Virus record (IMG/VR): IMGVR_UViG_3300032335_000589
Coordinates: 1-49,087 of that record
Direction: 5' to 3' (one strand)
Source of the DNA: a virus
Lineage: Duplodnaviria > Caudoviricetes
Length of the DNA: 49,087 bases
The position numbers and the translations under genes are program-made. Positions within the stretch are counted from its first letter, which is position 1. Every line of letters starts with the position of its first letter. Shown here piece after piece: positions 1-8,761 of this stretch. The notes under the pieces were generated by a model. It did no database searches and had not been told where the DNA came from. It saw only the letters and a program-made list of their open reading frames with translations.

Positions 1-1
1 A

Positions 2-1516
2 CCTGAAAAAATTCTAATAATTGCCAACAAACTTGATACATCAATGGAGATGGCAAATAAGATTAGATCCTTTGTTGATCAATGGCCTGGTTGGGTTGGT
101 GCTGGATTTGCGGCAGAAAAAAACTCACAAAGACATTACAAATTAACTAATGGATCTGAGGTTAAGGCGGTTGCAACATCAAAAGATGCACTTCGTGGAT
201 TTACCCCTACAATTCTTGTATTTGATGAGGCGGCGTTTATCGAGGCCGATAGTGATTTCTGGGCGGCTTGTATGGCATCCCTATCTACGGGTGGTAAGGT
301 AATTGTAGTTTCTACACCAAACGGATACGATCAAATTTATTATGAAATATACGATCAGTCATTAAAAGGAATGAATAACTTTAAAATCTCTGAAATGTAT
401 TGGTATAGAGATCCAAGATACGCGAAAGATCTTTATTTGGTCCCAACTGACGATCTAATTCATTATTTACTTAATATCGATGATTTTGACACCTCAAAGA
501 ATATATCTTTTGCACATGTAGACCCATATAGTAGAGATTATCAAGAATTACAACATTTCTTTAATCAAGGATACAAACCATGTTCATCTTGGTATGAAAA
601 AATGGTTAAAAAACTTAAATATGATAAAAGAAAAATTAACCAAGAGTTAAATTGTGAATTTTTAGGTTCAGGTGACAACGTATTTGATAATAAACAATTA
701 GAAGATATTAAAAATAATTTTTTACAAGACCCACCATCTAAATTAATGGGTAATTCTCTTTGGATATGGAAAGAACCTATTGAGGGTCATAAATACATTA
801 TGGGTGTCGATGTTTCTCGTGGTGATAGTGAAGACTTTTCGTCAATTCAAATTATAGATTTTGATGAAAGAGAACAAGTATTGGAATATGTTGGAAAAAT
901 ACCACCCGATACTTTGGCGGAAGTTGCTTATAAGTGGGGGTTGATGTATAATGCGTTTGTTGTTGTCGATATAACTGGAGGTATGGGAATCACAACGGTT
1001 AGAAAAATGCAAGAACTTGGTTATAAAAGTTTATATGTTGATGGTGTTGATGCATTTAATCCGTGGGCAACAAACAAAAGTTCTGTAGAAAAAATACCAG
1101 GGTTAAACTTTAACAACAAAAGAGTTCAAATTATTGCGGCTTTTGAGGAGGCCGTTAGACACAAATTTAAATTAAAAAGTGTTCGTTTATATAACGAAAT
1201 GAATACTTTTGTATATATTAATGGAAGACCTGATCATCAAAAAGGACAACATGACGATTTGATTATGGGAATTTCTATGGCAATCTATATTGCCGAAGCA
1301 TCTTTTTCAAAGTTGGAAAAAGCAACCGAACAAGCGAAATCTATGATTGACTCTTGGGCTGTAGTTAATAACGAATCTGTGGGAAAAGAAGCACACTTTA
1401 ATCCTACAATTCCTAATGATAATATGTTAAGGGAAAGGGCAGGATTACAAAATAACGGTCCAACCAAAAATGATTATCAAACATATGGTTGGTTATTTGG
1501 AGGTTTAATGAGGTAA
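2..1516 (+). CDS. terL: Terminase large subunit (T4 gp17-like), 5'-truncated by the window
   Basis: The frame is open from base 2 (PEKILIIANKLDTSMEMANK...). Walker B ILVFDEAAF, coupling motif VSTPNG, RNase H-like nuclease motifs MGVDVSRG and HDDL. Lies upstream of the portal. Confidence 0.95.
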   Translation, partial: PEKILIIANKLDTSMEMANKIRSFVDQWPGWVGAGFAAEKNSQRHYKLTNGSEVKAVATSKDALRGFTPTILVFDEAAFIEADSDFWAACMASLSTGGKVIVVSTPNGYDQIYYEIYDQSLKGMNNFKISEMYWYRDPRYAKDLYLVPTDDLIHYLLNIDDFDTSKNISFAHVDPYSRDYQELQHFFNQGYKPCSSWYEKMVKKLKYDKRKINQELNCEFLGSGDNVFDNKQLEDIKNNFLQDPPSKLMGNSLWIWKEPIEGHKYIMGVDVSRGDSEDFSSIQIIDFDEREQVLEYVGKIPPDTLAEVAYKWGLMYNAFVVVDITGGMGITTVRKMQELGYKSLYVDGVDAFNPWATNKSSVEKIPGLNFNNKRVQIIAAFEEAVRHKFKLKSVRLYNEMNTFVYINGRPDHQKGQHDDLIMGISMAIYIAEASFSKLEKATEQAKSMIDSWAVVNNESVGKEAHFNPTIPNDNMLRERAGLQNNGPTKNDYQTYGWLFGGLMR

Positions 1517-1518
1517 AA

Positions 1519-2280
1519 ATGGGTTTAGATTTTAGAAAAAGGTCAGGAAGAATTGCAAATGGGTCAAGATTAATTGTCGATGGTCAGCCAACCACTGGAC
1601 AAAAAGTTTTTTCTCCGACATTCAAATATAAAGTTTCTGCACCAACAGATAATGAATTGTATGAGCAGATTTTACCATTTTTAACCCAAACTCCAACTCC
1701 AACACCAACTCCAAGTATTACCCCATCAAATACACCAACTAACACACCTACTCCGACTACAACACCAACTAATACACCTACACAAACACCAACTAATACA
1801 CCTACACAAACACCAACTAATACCCCAACTAATACCCCAACAAATACACCTACACCAACACCGAGCCCAAATTACGACGCTTATCTACCGGTTGAAGTTG
1901 CGGTTCAAGCCCCTCAAACATCCATGCAATGTGCTGTTTGGTATGCTTATCAAGTAGGTCCTTATAACCCAACTCAACCATTCCCATTAGGATTAACGTG
2001 GATCAAATTAGGAAATACTCAAACAATACAACAATGTAGCACTTATACATCTTTTGGTCAAATTGGTTTATTCACAGGACAATCTGTATATATACAAATT
2101 AGAAATTCAGGAAATTCTGTAGTATTCCAAAATACATCATTGTCAAACGGGTCTGATCCTTGTAGTGTGCCTGCAACACCATACTTTACATTCTCTTATT
2201 CTTATGGTGGGCCAGGACCTATAGTTTACCCAACTAAAATTAGAATTGACTATCCACTTGTCACCGCGCCTAAACCTTGA
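1519..2280 (+). CDS. Hypothetical virion-type protein with a Thr/Pro mucin-like linker
   Basis: ATG at 1519 is 2 nt after the terL stop (MGLDFRKRSG...). About 60 aa of TP/TNTP repeats, then a beta-rich C-terminal domain. Confidence 0.75.
   Translation: MGLDFRKRSGRIANGSRLIVDGQPTTGQKVFSPTFKYKVSAPTDNELYEQILPFLTQTPTPTPTPSITPSNTPTNTPTPTTTPTNTPTQTPTNTPTQTPTNTPTNTPTNTPTPTPSPNYDAYLPVEVAVQAPQTSMQCAVWYAYQVGPYNPTQPFPLGLTWIKLGNTQTIQQCSTYTSFGQIGLFTGQSVYIQIRNSGNSVVFQNTSLSNGSDPCSVPATPYFTFSYSYGGPGPIVYPTKIRIDYPLVTAPKP
1684..1869 (+). repeat. In-frame Thr/Pro low-complexity repeat, including 24-nt aacaccaactaatacacctacaca units
   Basis: Visible tandem ACACCAACTAAT units encoding TPTNTPTQ. Confidence 0.85.
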
Positions 2281-2300
2281 TATTAAAAAAACTATTGAAA

Positions 2301-2307
2301 TATTTAT
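2301..2307 (+). promoter_or_regulatory. TATTTAT putative late promoter motif (portal)
   Basis: 21 nt upstream of the ATG at 2329. The same motif precedes about 16 genes on their sense strand. Confidence 0.6.
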
Positions 2308-2328
2308 TTCTATAGTTAAATTATTAAT

Positions 2329-4128
2329 ATGGAAAATAATAATCAAAATCTGACGGTTTGGCAAAGGTTATCCAAGACATTTGGACCCGATTCAACATTA
2401 GGTCAAGGACAACCAGATTACAAGTTAGACAAAAAAGAACTTTTAAAAACTCAAGACAAGGCCGAATACGAAAGGGCCAAGTTACAAAATCAACAATCGT
2501 TATATCTTAGCACCAATTGGGCTAAAGTTGAGAATAATCTATATACACAAGCGGTTTATTATGAACCAACAAGATTAGCCGCGTTTTATGATTATGAATC
2601 TATGGAATATACTCCTGAGATCTCAACGGCTTTGGACATCTACGCTGAGGAATCAACAACTCCTGATGCCAATGGTTATATATTACAAGTTTATTCAGAG
2701 TCAAAAAGAATCAAAAGTATTTTAGTTGATTTATTTGTTAATGTATTAGATATTAACACCAACTTACCAATGTGGATTAGAAACATGTGTAAGTATGGTG
2801 ATAATTTTGTTTATTTAAAATTAGACCACGAAAAAGGAGTTACTGGTTGTTTACAACTACCAAATATTGAAATCGAAAGACTTGAAAGGGGTGTTGACTC
2901 TCGAACTTATAGTGCGACTATCAACATCAATAGAAAGGCTTTAAAGTTTGCATGGAAAGCAAGAGATGCTGAATTCAACACTTGGGAGGTTGCGCACTTT
3001 AGATTATTAGGTGACGATAGAAAACTTCCTTATGGAACATCAATGTTAGAAAAAGCTCGTCGTATTTGGAAACAATTAGTATTGGCAGAAGATGCGATGT
3101 TAATTTATAGAACATCAAGAGCTCCTGAAAGAAGGGTATTTAAAGTATTTGTTGGGAACATGGACGATAAAGATGTTGAAGCTTACGTTCAAAGAGTTGC
3201 CAACAAATTCAAAAGAGATCAAGTTGTTGATAGAAAAACAGGGAATGTTGATTTAAGATTTAATCAAATGGCCGTGGATCAAGATTACTTTATTCCTGTT
3301 CGTGATGCAACACAGGGGAGTCCTATTGATACTTTACCTGGTGGAACAAATTTATCTGAAATTGCAGACATTGAATATATTCAAAAGAAACTTGTTACAG
3401 CACTTCGTATTCCTAAAGCATATTTAGGATTTGAAGAACCTGTTGGTGATGGTAAAAACTTATCATTATTGGATATTCGTTTTGCAAGAACAATTAATAG
3501 AATTCAAAAATCAGCATTGGCTGAGTTAAATAAAATTGCAATTATTCACTTATTTTTAATGGGGTTTGAAGACGAGTTATCAAACTTTACTTTACAACTT
3601 ACAAATCCTTCTAAACAAGCAGATCTTTTAATGATTGATGTTTGGAAAGAAAAAGTGACTCTGTATAAAGATATGGTCGGTGAAATTGCCAAATCAATTC
3701 AACCAACGTCTGCGACATGGGCCAAAAAACATATCTTTGGTTTCTCAGATGATGAGATTAAACTAGAACTTCAACAAATCAGAATGGAAAGAGCAGTTTC
3801 TGCTGAGTTAGATAATACCGCAACAATTATTACAAGCACAGGAATATTTAACACCGTAGATAAGTTATATAAACCGGTATCAGGATCTACCGCAGGGGCA
3901 CCGGCAGAAGGAGGAGCACCGGCAGAAGGAGGAGCACCGCCACCTCCAGGACCTGAAGCGGGTGGAGCGCCACCAATTCCTGAATCTTCAGATAGAAAAG
4001 AAAAAAATAAATTAATATTAGAATCATTAAATGATGATTTTGACGAAGATGAATTTTTGGACTTTCAAAAAGTTAATGGATCTTTAGGGTTAATGGAAGA
4101 TGAGTTAAATAAACTTCTTGGTGACTAA
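2329..4128 (+). CDS. Portal protein (T4 gp20-like)
   Basis: PEISTALDIYAEE, PYGTSMLEKARRIWKQL, EDAMLIYRTSRAPERRVFKVFVGN, DYFIPVR, IDTLPGG and DIEYIQKKL are hallmark gp20 motifs. Confidence 0.96.
   Translation: MENNNQNLTVWQRLSKTFGPDSTLGQGQPDYKLDKKELLKTQDKAEYERAKLQNQQSLYLSTNWAKVENNLYTQAVYYEPTRLAAFYDYESMEYTPEISTALDIYAEESTTPDANGYILQVYSESKRIKSILVDLFVNVLDINTNLPMWIRNMCKYGDNFVYLKLDHEKGVTGCLQLPNIEIERLERGVDSRTYSATININRKALKFAWKARDAEFNTWEVAHFRLLGDDRKLPYGTSMLEKARRIWKQLVLAEDAMLIYRTSRAPERRVFKVFVGNMDDKDVEAYVQRVANKFKRDQVVDRKTGNVDLRFNQMAVDQDYFIPVRDATQGSPIDTLPGGTNLSEIADIEYIQKKLVTALRIPKAYLGFEEPVGDGKNLSLLDIRFARTINRIQKSALAELNKIAIIHLFLMGFEDELSNFTLQLTNPSKQADLLMIDVWKEKVTLYKDMVGEIAKSIQPTSATWAKKHIFGFSDDEIKLELQQIRMERAVSAELDNTATIITSTGIFNTVDKLYKPVSGSTAGAPAEGGAPAEGGAPPPPGPEAGGAPPIPESSDRKEKNKLILESLNDDFDEDEFLDFQKVNGSLGLMEDELNKLLGD
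3898..3939 (+). repeat. 18-nt tandem repeat (gcaccggcagaaggagga, about 2.3 copies) in the portal C-terminal tail
   Basis: Encodes APAEGG APAEGG AP. Confidence 0.8.
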
Positions 4129-4139
4129 TATTTATTAAC

Positions 4140-4586
4140 ATGAGTAAATTAGAAAAACTACCACAAAAAAATTTGAAGTTTATTCTAAAAAGAATGAATG
4201 AAGGTATAGATACTAGGGATTTGTTTTCACATACAAATCAAAGAGTAATAAAACAAATTTTTGATGATATTGGAATGAATATTAATGATAAAGATAAGGA
4301 ATTTGTTTTTGCACTTTATAAAGATAACCCAAATTATTTAACTGAAGAAATTAAAATACCTGAGTTACACGAATATGAAATAGTAACAAAAAGATATGCT
4401 ACAATTAGTGTTAGAGAATATTGGAAAAATACATATGAAAGTTATTTTAATGATGAAGACGATGTTTCAGATTTTCAATCATGGTTTGGTGGTGCTGATT
4501 GGTGGGATGGTGAAATGATTGACCGAGATGAATATAATGAAGAAACTGATGAAACGGAAATAGATGAAATAAACAAACTTAGTTGA
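4140..4586 (+). CDS. Hypothetical protein with an acidic C-terminus
   Basis: 148-aa ORF in the head module. TATTTAT at 4129-4135. Confidence 0.75.
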   Translation: MSKLEKLPQKNLKFILKRMNEGIDTRDLFSHTNQRVIKQIFDDIGMNINDKDKEFVFALYKDNPNYLTEEIKIPELHEYEIVTKRYATISVREYWKNTYESYFNDEDDVSDFQSWFGGADWWDGEMIDRDEYNEETDETEIDEINKLS

Positions 4587-4608
4587 TATTTATTATAAAA
4601 CAAAAAAA

Positions 4609-5325
4609 ATGAAAGTCGGAGAATTAAAATCAAAAATAGAAAATCAACTAGTTGAGTCATACAAAAAAAATTCATTTAAAGAAAATATTTTTATTTTTGA
4701 AGAATTGGTTTTGAAAAATAAAAATATCTCAAAACTTTTTTTCTTATATGATGAGTTGTCAAATAAAAAAGGACTTTCAGAAAATGTTGCAAACGAATTC
4801 ATACATGAGTCAATCATGGCTTACGAAAATTTGATCAACAAAGTTAACCCATTACATTTAAGAGAATTAAATGCTTGGGCTGGTCATCAAAAATGTGAAA
4901 ATAATTATGAAAAAATTGATAATTTATTTTCCACAAGTGTCTTGACTCTTGAAAACAAAATTAAAAGTAAAAAAATGATTTTAGAGGGATTAACTCAAAA
5001 AGAAAATAAAACTGATGAGGTGATAAAAGTTCCATTAAAATCTATGGTTTCTGTGGCAAACAAAACAATATCTAAATTTATTTCTTCTCTAACAGAATCT
5101 GAAAGAAAAGAATTAAAAGTAATTTTAAATACCCCAAAAGAAACTTTGGTTGAGAACTATAACTCTCAAAAAGAAGACGTTATTTCAAAATTGGAAGATC
5201 AAAAAAATAACGAAACCGATTCTGAAACAATCTCAACTATAAATCAAGTGTTAACAAGATTGCAAACAGAATCATTTTCAGAACTGAATTATTATAAGTT
5301 AAAACAACTTAACGAAGGACTTTAA
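4609..5325 (+). CDS. Hypothetical head-module protein (helical)
   Basis: 238-aa ORF with an A-rich start context. TATTTAT at 4587-4593. Confidence 0.8.
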   Translation: MKVGELKSKIENQLVESYKKNSFKENIFIFEELVLKNKNISKLFFLYDELSNKKGLSENVANEFIHESIMAYENLINKVNPLHLRELNAWAGHQKCENNYEKIDNLFSTSVLTLENKIKSKKMILEGLTQKENKTDEVIKVPLKSMVSVANKTISKFISSLTESERKELKVILNTPKETLVENYNSQKEDVISKLEDQKNNETDSETISTINQVLTRLQTESFSELNYYKLKQLNEGL

Positions 5326-5510
5326 TTCTTTTTGGATTTTACTTTTTGAACGTAAGCCGCCTTTTTGTTTTCTTCTCTTTTTATTACTGAAGGTTTAACA
5401 AATTCTTTTCTTTGAAACAAAACACTATTTTGTTTTGTTTTAATAACTTTTCCTTTAAGGTCTTTTAACGCCTTTTCAATATTACCTTTTTTTACTTCTA
5501 CAATTAACAT
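5322..5510 (-). CDS. rpsU: Phage-encoded ribosomal protein bS21
   Basis: 62 aa, basic: MLIVEVKKGNIEKALKDLK...RKEFVKPSVIKR...KAAYVQ matches the bS21 pattern (IExAL, FxKPS) with a Bacteroidota-like AAY C-terminus. Confidence 0.9.
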   Translation of the reverse strand: MLIVEVKKGNIEKALKDLKGKVIKTKQNSVLFQRKEFVKPSVIKREENKKAAYVQKVKSKKN

Positions 5511-5531
5511 AAGTTTTTTTAGTTTGTTGAT

Positions 5532-5538
5532 ATAAATA
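5532..5538 (-). promoter_or_regulatory. TATTTAT putative late promoter motif (bS21)
   Basis: ataaata on the + strand, 21 nt upstream of the bS21 start at 5510. Confidence 0.55.
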
Positions 5539-5592
5539 TAATAATTTATTACAATTGTTTAAAAATAAACATTTCGAGTATGAAAAAAATCT

Positions 5593-6060
5593 ATGAAAAA
5601 AGGAAAAACTATCAAATTGAGCGGTTACAGAACGTTCAAATCACACTATGGAACAATTGATTCCACTAATCTAAAATCAATTTTTATAAACATTCAAAGT
5701 TGGGTTGAACCAAAAGAAGACGTTGAAAATTGGAATCGAGTTGTTTTAAATATGACAAGATCAATAAAACACACAATTTTAGAAAACATAAACAAAGAAG
5801 TTTTTGACACAAAATTTATCGTAGATTTAGACTTAAGAACAAGTGGAATACAACTTCAAAAAAAATCCTTTATGAATTTAGAAATAAATTTATTCGTTTT
5901 AGAACCGATGGATTTTAAATCACCAAAATTAAAAAAATACGTCAAGTCCCTAATTAAAGAAGTATATGGTGACGTAATGAATAAAAACAAATACTTCAAA
6001 TTCTACCTTACAAAAAAAGGAAATATCAAACCCGTCAAAAAAGAAACCGAAACTAATTAG
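5593..6060 (+). CDS. Hypothetical protein
   Basis: 155-aa ORF between bS21 and the protease. Confidence 0.75.
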   Translation: MKKGKTIKLSGYRTFKSHYGTIDSTNLKSIFINIQSWVEPKEDVENWNRVVLNMTRSIKHTILENINKEVFDTKFIVDLDLRTSGIQLQKKSFMNLEINLFVLEPMDFKSPKLKKYVKSLIKEVYGDVMNKNKYFKFYLTKKGNIKPVKKETETN

Positions 6061-6081
6061 TATTTATAAAGAAAATATTAA

Positions 6082-6810
6082 ATGGACAATTTAAAAATAT
6101 TAGGACCAAGAGATTCAGGTCGTGGAATTCTTGTTGAGTATGATGCGGGTTATATCGATCCGAATGAAAGAAGAAACTTATCTATGATAAGGGAGAATCG
6201 TGATATGTTAGATCATTCAAAACCTTTTGAGTTTTATGCCGTATTACAAAAATATAACACCCCAAATAGAAACGGAAGAATCTACCCTGAAAAGATTTTA
6301 AAAAGAGAAGCCGAGAATTATAAAAAGATGATTCAAAAAGGAACCGCTCTTTCAGAACTAAACCACCCTGAGTCTTCTCTAATAGACTTAGATAGAGTAT
6401 CACACGCCATTACTGATATATGGTGGGAAGGTCCTGTATTATTGGGTAAATTAAAATTACTTACAAGTCCAGGTTTTCACGAAAGAGGTATTGTATCGAC
6501 AAAAGGAGATTTAGCAGCAAACTATCTTCGTCAGGGAGTTACTTTGGGTATTTCTTCTCGTGGTGTAGGGTCTCTTAAAAAAGTTGGTGAACAAAACGAA
6601 GTTCAGGATGATTTTGAATTAATTTGTTTTGACCTTGTGTCATCTCCATCTACACCAGGAGCTTATTTGTTTAGTGAACCTGATCAAAGATTTCAGTTTG
6701 AAGAAAATCTTGAGGAGGAGAAAAAAATAAATGCTGAACGACATGTTGGTGAATCTGGTTATAAATCACTTGACTTAATGAAAAGATTATCCGATTATTT
6801 GGATAAATAA
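6082..6810 (+). CDS. Prohead core protease (T4 gp21-like)
   Basis: NRNGRIYP, ELNHP (catalytic His), GISSRGVGS (catalytic Ser), FDLVSSPSTPGA. TATTTAT at 6061-6067. Confidence 0.95.
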   Translation: MDNLKILGPRDSGRGILVEYDAGYIDPNERRNLSMIRENRDMLDHSKPFEFYAVLQKYNTPNRNGRIYPEKILKREAENYKKMIQKGTALSELNHPESSLIDLDRVSHAITDIWWEGPVLLGKLKLLTSPGFHERGIVSTKGDLAANYLRQGVTLGISSRGVGSLKKVGEQNEVQDDFELICFDLVSSPSTPGAYLFSEPDQRFQFEENLEEEKKINAERHVGESGYKSLDLMKRLSDYLDK

Positions 6811-6817
6811 CAAAATT

Positions 6818-7030
6818 ATGGATGAGAAGTATTTTATAGCAAGAATCACAACTGATATGGTTGATGAGAACACAGGAAAAGTGAAAAAAATGAAAGAAGA
6901 GAAATTGGTAAAAGGTTATTCACCTACCGATGTTGAGGCGAAAGTAACAAAAGTTTACGAAAATTATTCTATGGATTGGAGAATTACGGCTATCGTTGAA
7001 TCTAAAATCGATGAGGTAATCGAAGGATAA
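6818..7030 (+). CDS. Small protein resembling DUF4494 (Bacteroidota family)
   Basis: YFIARI...GKVKKMKEEKLVKGYSPTDVEAKV resembles the DUF4494 pattern GxxKKVTExYLVDALSFTEAEARI, recalled from memory. Confidence 0.55.
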   Translation: MDEKYFIARITTDMVDENTGKVKKMKEEKLVKGYSPTDVEAKVTKVYENYSMDWRITAIVESKIDEVIEG

Positions 7031-7051
7031 AACTTCTAAGAATAAAATTTT

Positions 7052-7086
7052 AAAAGGGGAAAGACAATAGTTTTTCCCTTTTTTTT
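7052..7086 (+). terminator. Intrinsic terminator
   Basis: aaaaggggaaagac-aata-gtttttcccttttttt hairpin followed by a T-tract. Confidence 0.75.
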
Positions 7087-7159
7087 GTGCCATAATATCT
7101 AAAAAATGAATTTTTTTTATTTGTTGTGATATTTATTAGAAAAATATTTTATAAAAAGT

Positions 7160-8725
7160 ATGGCAAATAACAAAAATGTAGTAGAAGATGCTCTTTTTCA
7201 AATTAGAAATTTGGAAGAAACTCTACAAGAAAATGCAAAAGGAATACTTCAGTCTACAATGACAGAAGAAATCAGACAATTAGTAAAAGAATCTCTGAAA
7301 GAACAAGAAGATGAGGTTGAGAATGATGAAGTCGATGTTGACGATCAAGACATGATGGCGGATGATCAAATGGCTATGGATGATGATGATGACGCAGCAG
7401 TAGCTGATGATGATTTCGCAGATGATGATTTTTCTGATGAAGATGATTCTGACGATGACGAAACAATCGACATGACAGGTGCTTCAGATGAAGAAGTTTT
7501 AAAGGTATTTAAAGCTATGGGTGATGATGATGGAATTATCGTTAAAAAAGAGGGAGGAAATATCCACCTTCAAGATGGTGACGACGAATACATGATCCAA
7601 TTAGGAGAATCTGAAGAAAAAGAAGGAACAATTTACGAAATCGAAATGGACGTACAAGAAGAAGATGGAATTTCTGAATTCAATTGGGGTGGTGCCGCAA
7701 TGGGTGCTATCAAAGGTGGTTTTGGTCTTGACGAAGAAGAAACTGTCTACGAAATTGAATTAGATGAGATGGGTGACATGATGGGAATGGGATCTAAAAA
7801 AGATAATTTTTATGAAGAATTTGATTCTATGGAAGAAGGTATGGACATGTATACTGATTCTATGGAAGAAGGTATGGACATGTATACTGATTCTATGGAA
7901 GAAGGTATGGACATGTATACTGATTCTATGGAAGAAGGTATGGACATGTATACTGATTCTTTAGAAGAAGACCTTTATGAATCAATTAAAAAATCAAGGA
8001 AAAAATCAAGGAAACCAAAAGGTGTTGGAATGGGTAAAGGTCCTAGATTTAGTTACGATAAAAAACCTAACATGGGTGGAGGTTTCAATGAAAAAAGAAA
8101 AGAAGCTTTTGGAAAAGGAACTAAAGCAATGGGAACAGGTAAAGCAAGATTCGAATACAAAGAAGGTGAAAACATGAAAGGGCAAATGTCTAAAGTTAAA
8201 AAAGCTGAAACAAAAGAAGCTTCAAGAACTTTGGGTAATGGATCTAAAGATGGAAGTAGAGGTCTAAGAAAGGCGAGAACAAACAATAGAAATATGAGTT
8301 TCAACCCTTTCAAACTTCACGAAACTGAATCTAATGGAGAAATAAACTTATTAAGAGAAAAAAATGAAGAATACAGAAAAGCTCTTGATGTGTTTAGAAC
8401 AAAATTAAATGAAGTCGCAGTTTTTAATTCCAATTTAGCATACGCTACTCGTTTATTCACTGAACATTCGACAACAAAACAAGAAAAAATAAATATTCTT
8501 AAAAGATTTGATAATGTTGAATCTTTAAAAGAATCAAAAAATCTATACAGAACAATTAAAAATGAATTGAATTCGGGTTCTGCATCAGAAACTAAACTTA
8601 ATGAATCAATTGAAAGAACTGTAAATAGAACTGTTGAAACAGGTTCATCAGTTAACTTGATTGAATCGAAAACTTACGAAAATCCACAATTCTTAAGAAT
8701 GAAGGATTTGATGAGTAAAATATAA
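7160..8725 (+). CDS. Prohead core scaffolding protein (gp22-like)
   Basis: Sits between the protease and MCP. Highly acidic, with a coiled-coil C-terminus and many LxE/IxE sites. TATTTAT at 7130-7136. Confidence 0.8.
   Translation: MANNKNVVEDALFQIRNLEETLQENAKGILQSTMTEEIRQLVKESLKEQEDEVENDEVDVDDQDMMADDQMAMDDDDDAAVADDDFADDDFSDEDDSDDDETIDMTGASDEEVLKVFKAMGDDDGIIVKKEGGNIHLQDGDDEYMIQLGESEEKEGTIYEIEMDVQEEDGISEFNWGGAAMGAIKGGFGLDEEETVYEIELDEMGDMMGMGSKKDNFYEEFDSMEEGMDMYTDSMEEGMDMYTDSMEEGMDMYTDSMEEGMDMYTDSLEEDLYESIKKSRKKSRKPKGVGMGKGPRFSYDKKPNMGGGFNEKRKEAFGKGTKAMGTGKARFEYKEGENMKGQMSKVKKAETKEASRTLGNGSKDGSRGLRKARTNNRNMSFNPFKLHETESNGEINLLREKNEEYRKALDVFRTKLNEVAVFNSNLAYATRLFTEHSTTKQEKINILKRFDNVESLKESKNLYRTIKNELNSGSASETKLNESIERTVNRTVETGSSVNLIESKTYENPQFLRMKDLMSKI
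7823..7960 (+). repeat. Perfect 33-nt tandem repeat x4 (gattctatggaagaaggtatggacatgtatact; DSMEEGMDMYT)
   Basis: Copies start at 7823, 7856, 7889 and 7922, followed by a partial gattct. Confidence 0.95.
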
Positions 8726-8761
8726 ATAAACAATAAACATAAATAATAAAAACCAAAAAAA

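Noticed and set aside
7823-7960. Possible CRISPR array (33-nt repeats)
   Set aside because: The repeats are contiguous with no spacers and are in frame within a CDS.
8721-8728. T4-type TATAAATA upstream of MCP
   Set aside because: It overlaps the scaffold stop codon in AT-rich DNA. The consistent motif elsewhere is in the opposite orientation, so this is likely coincidental.
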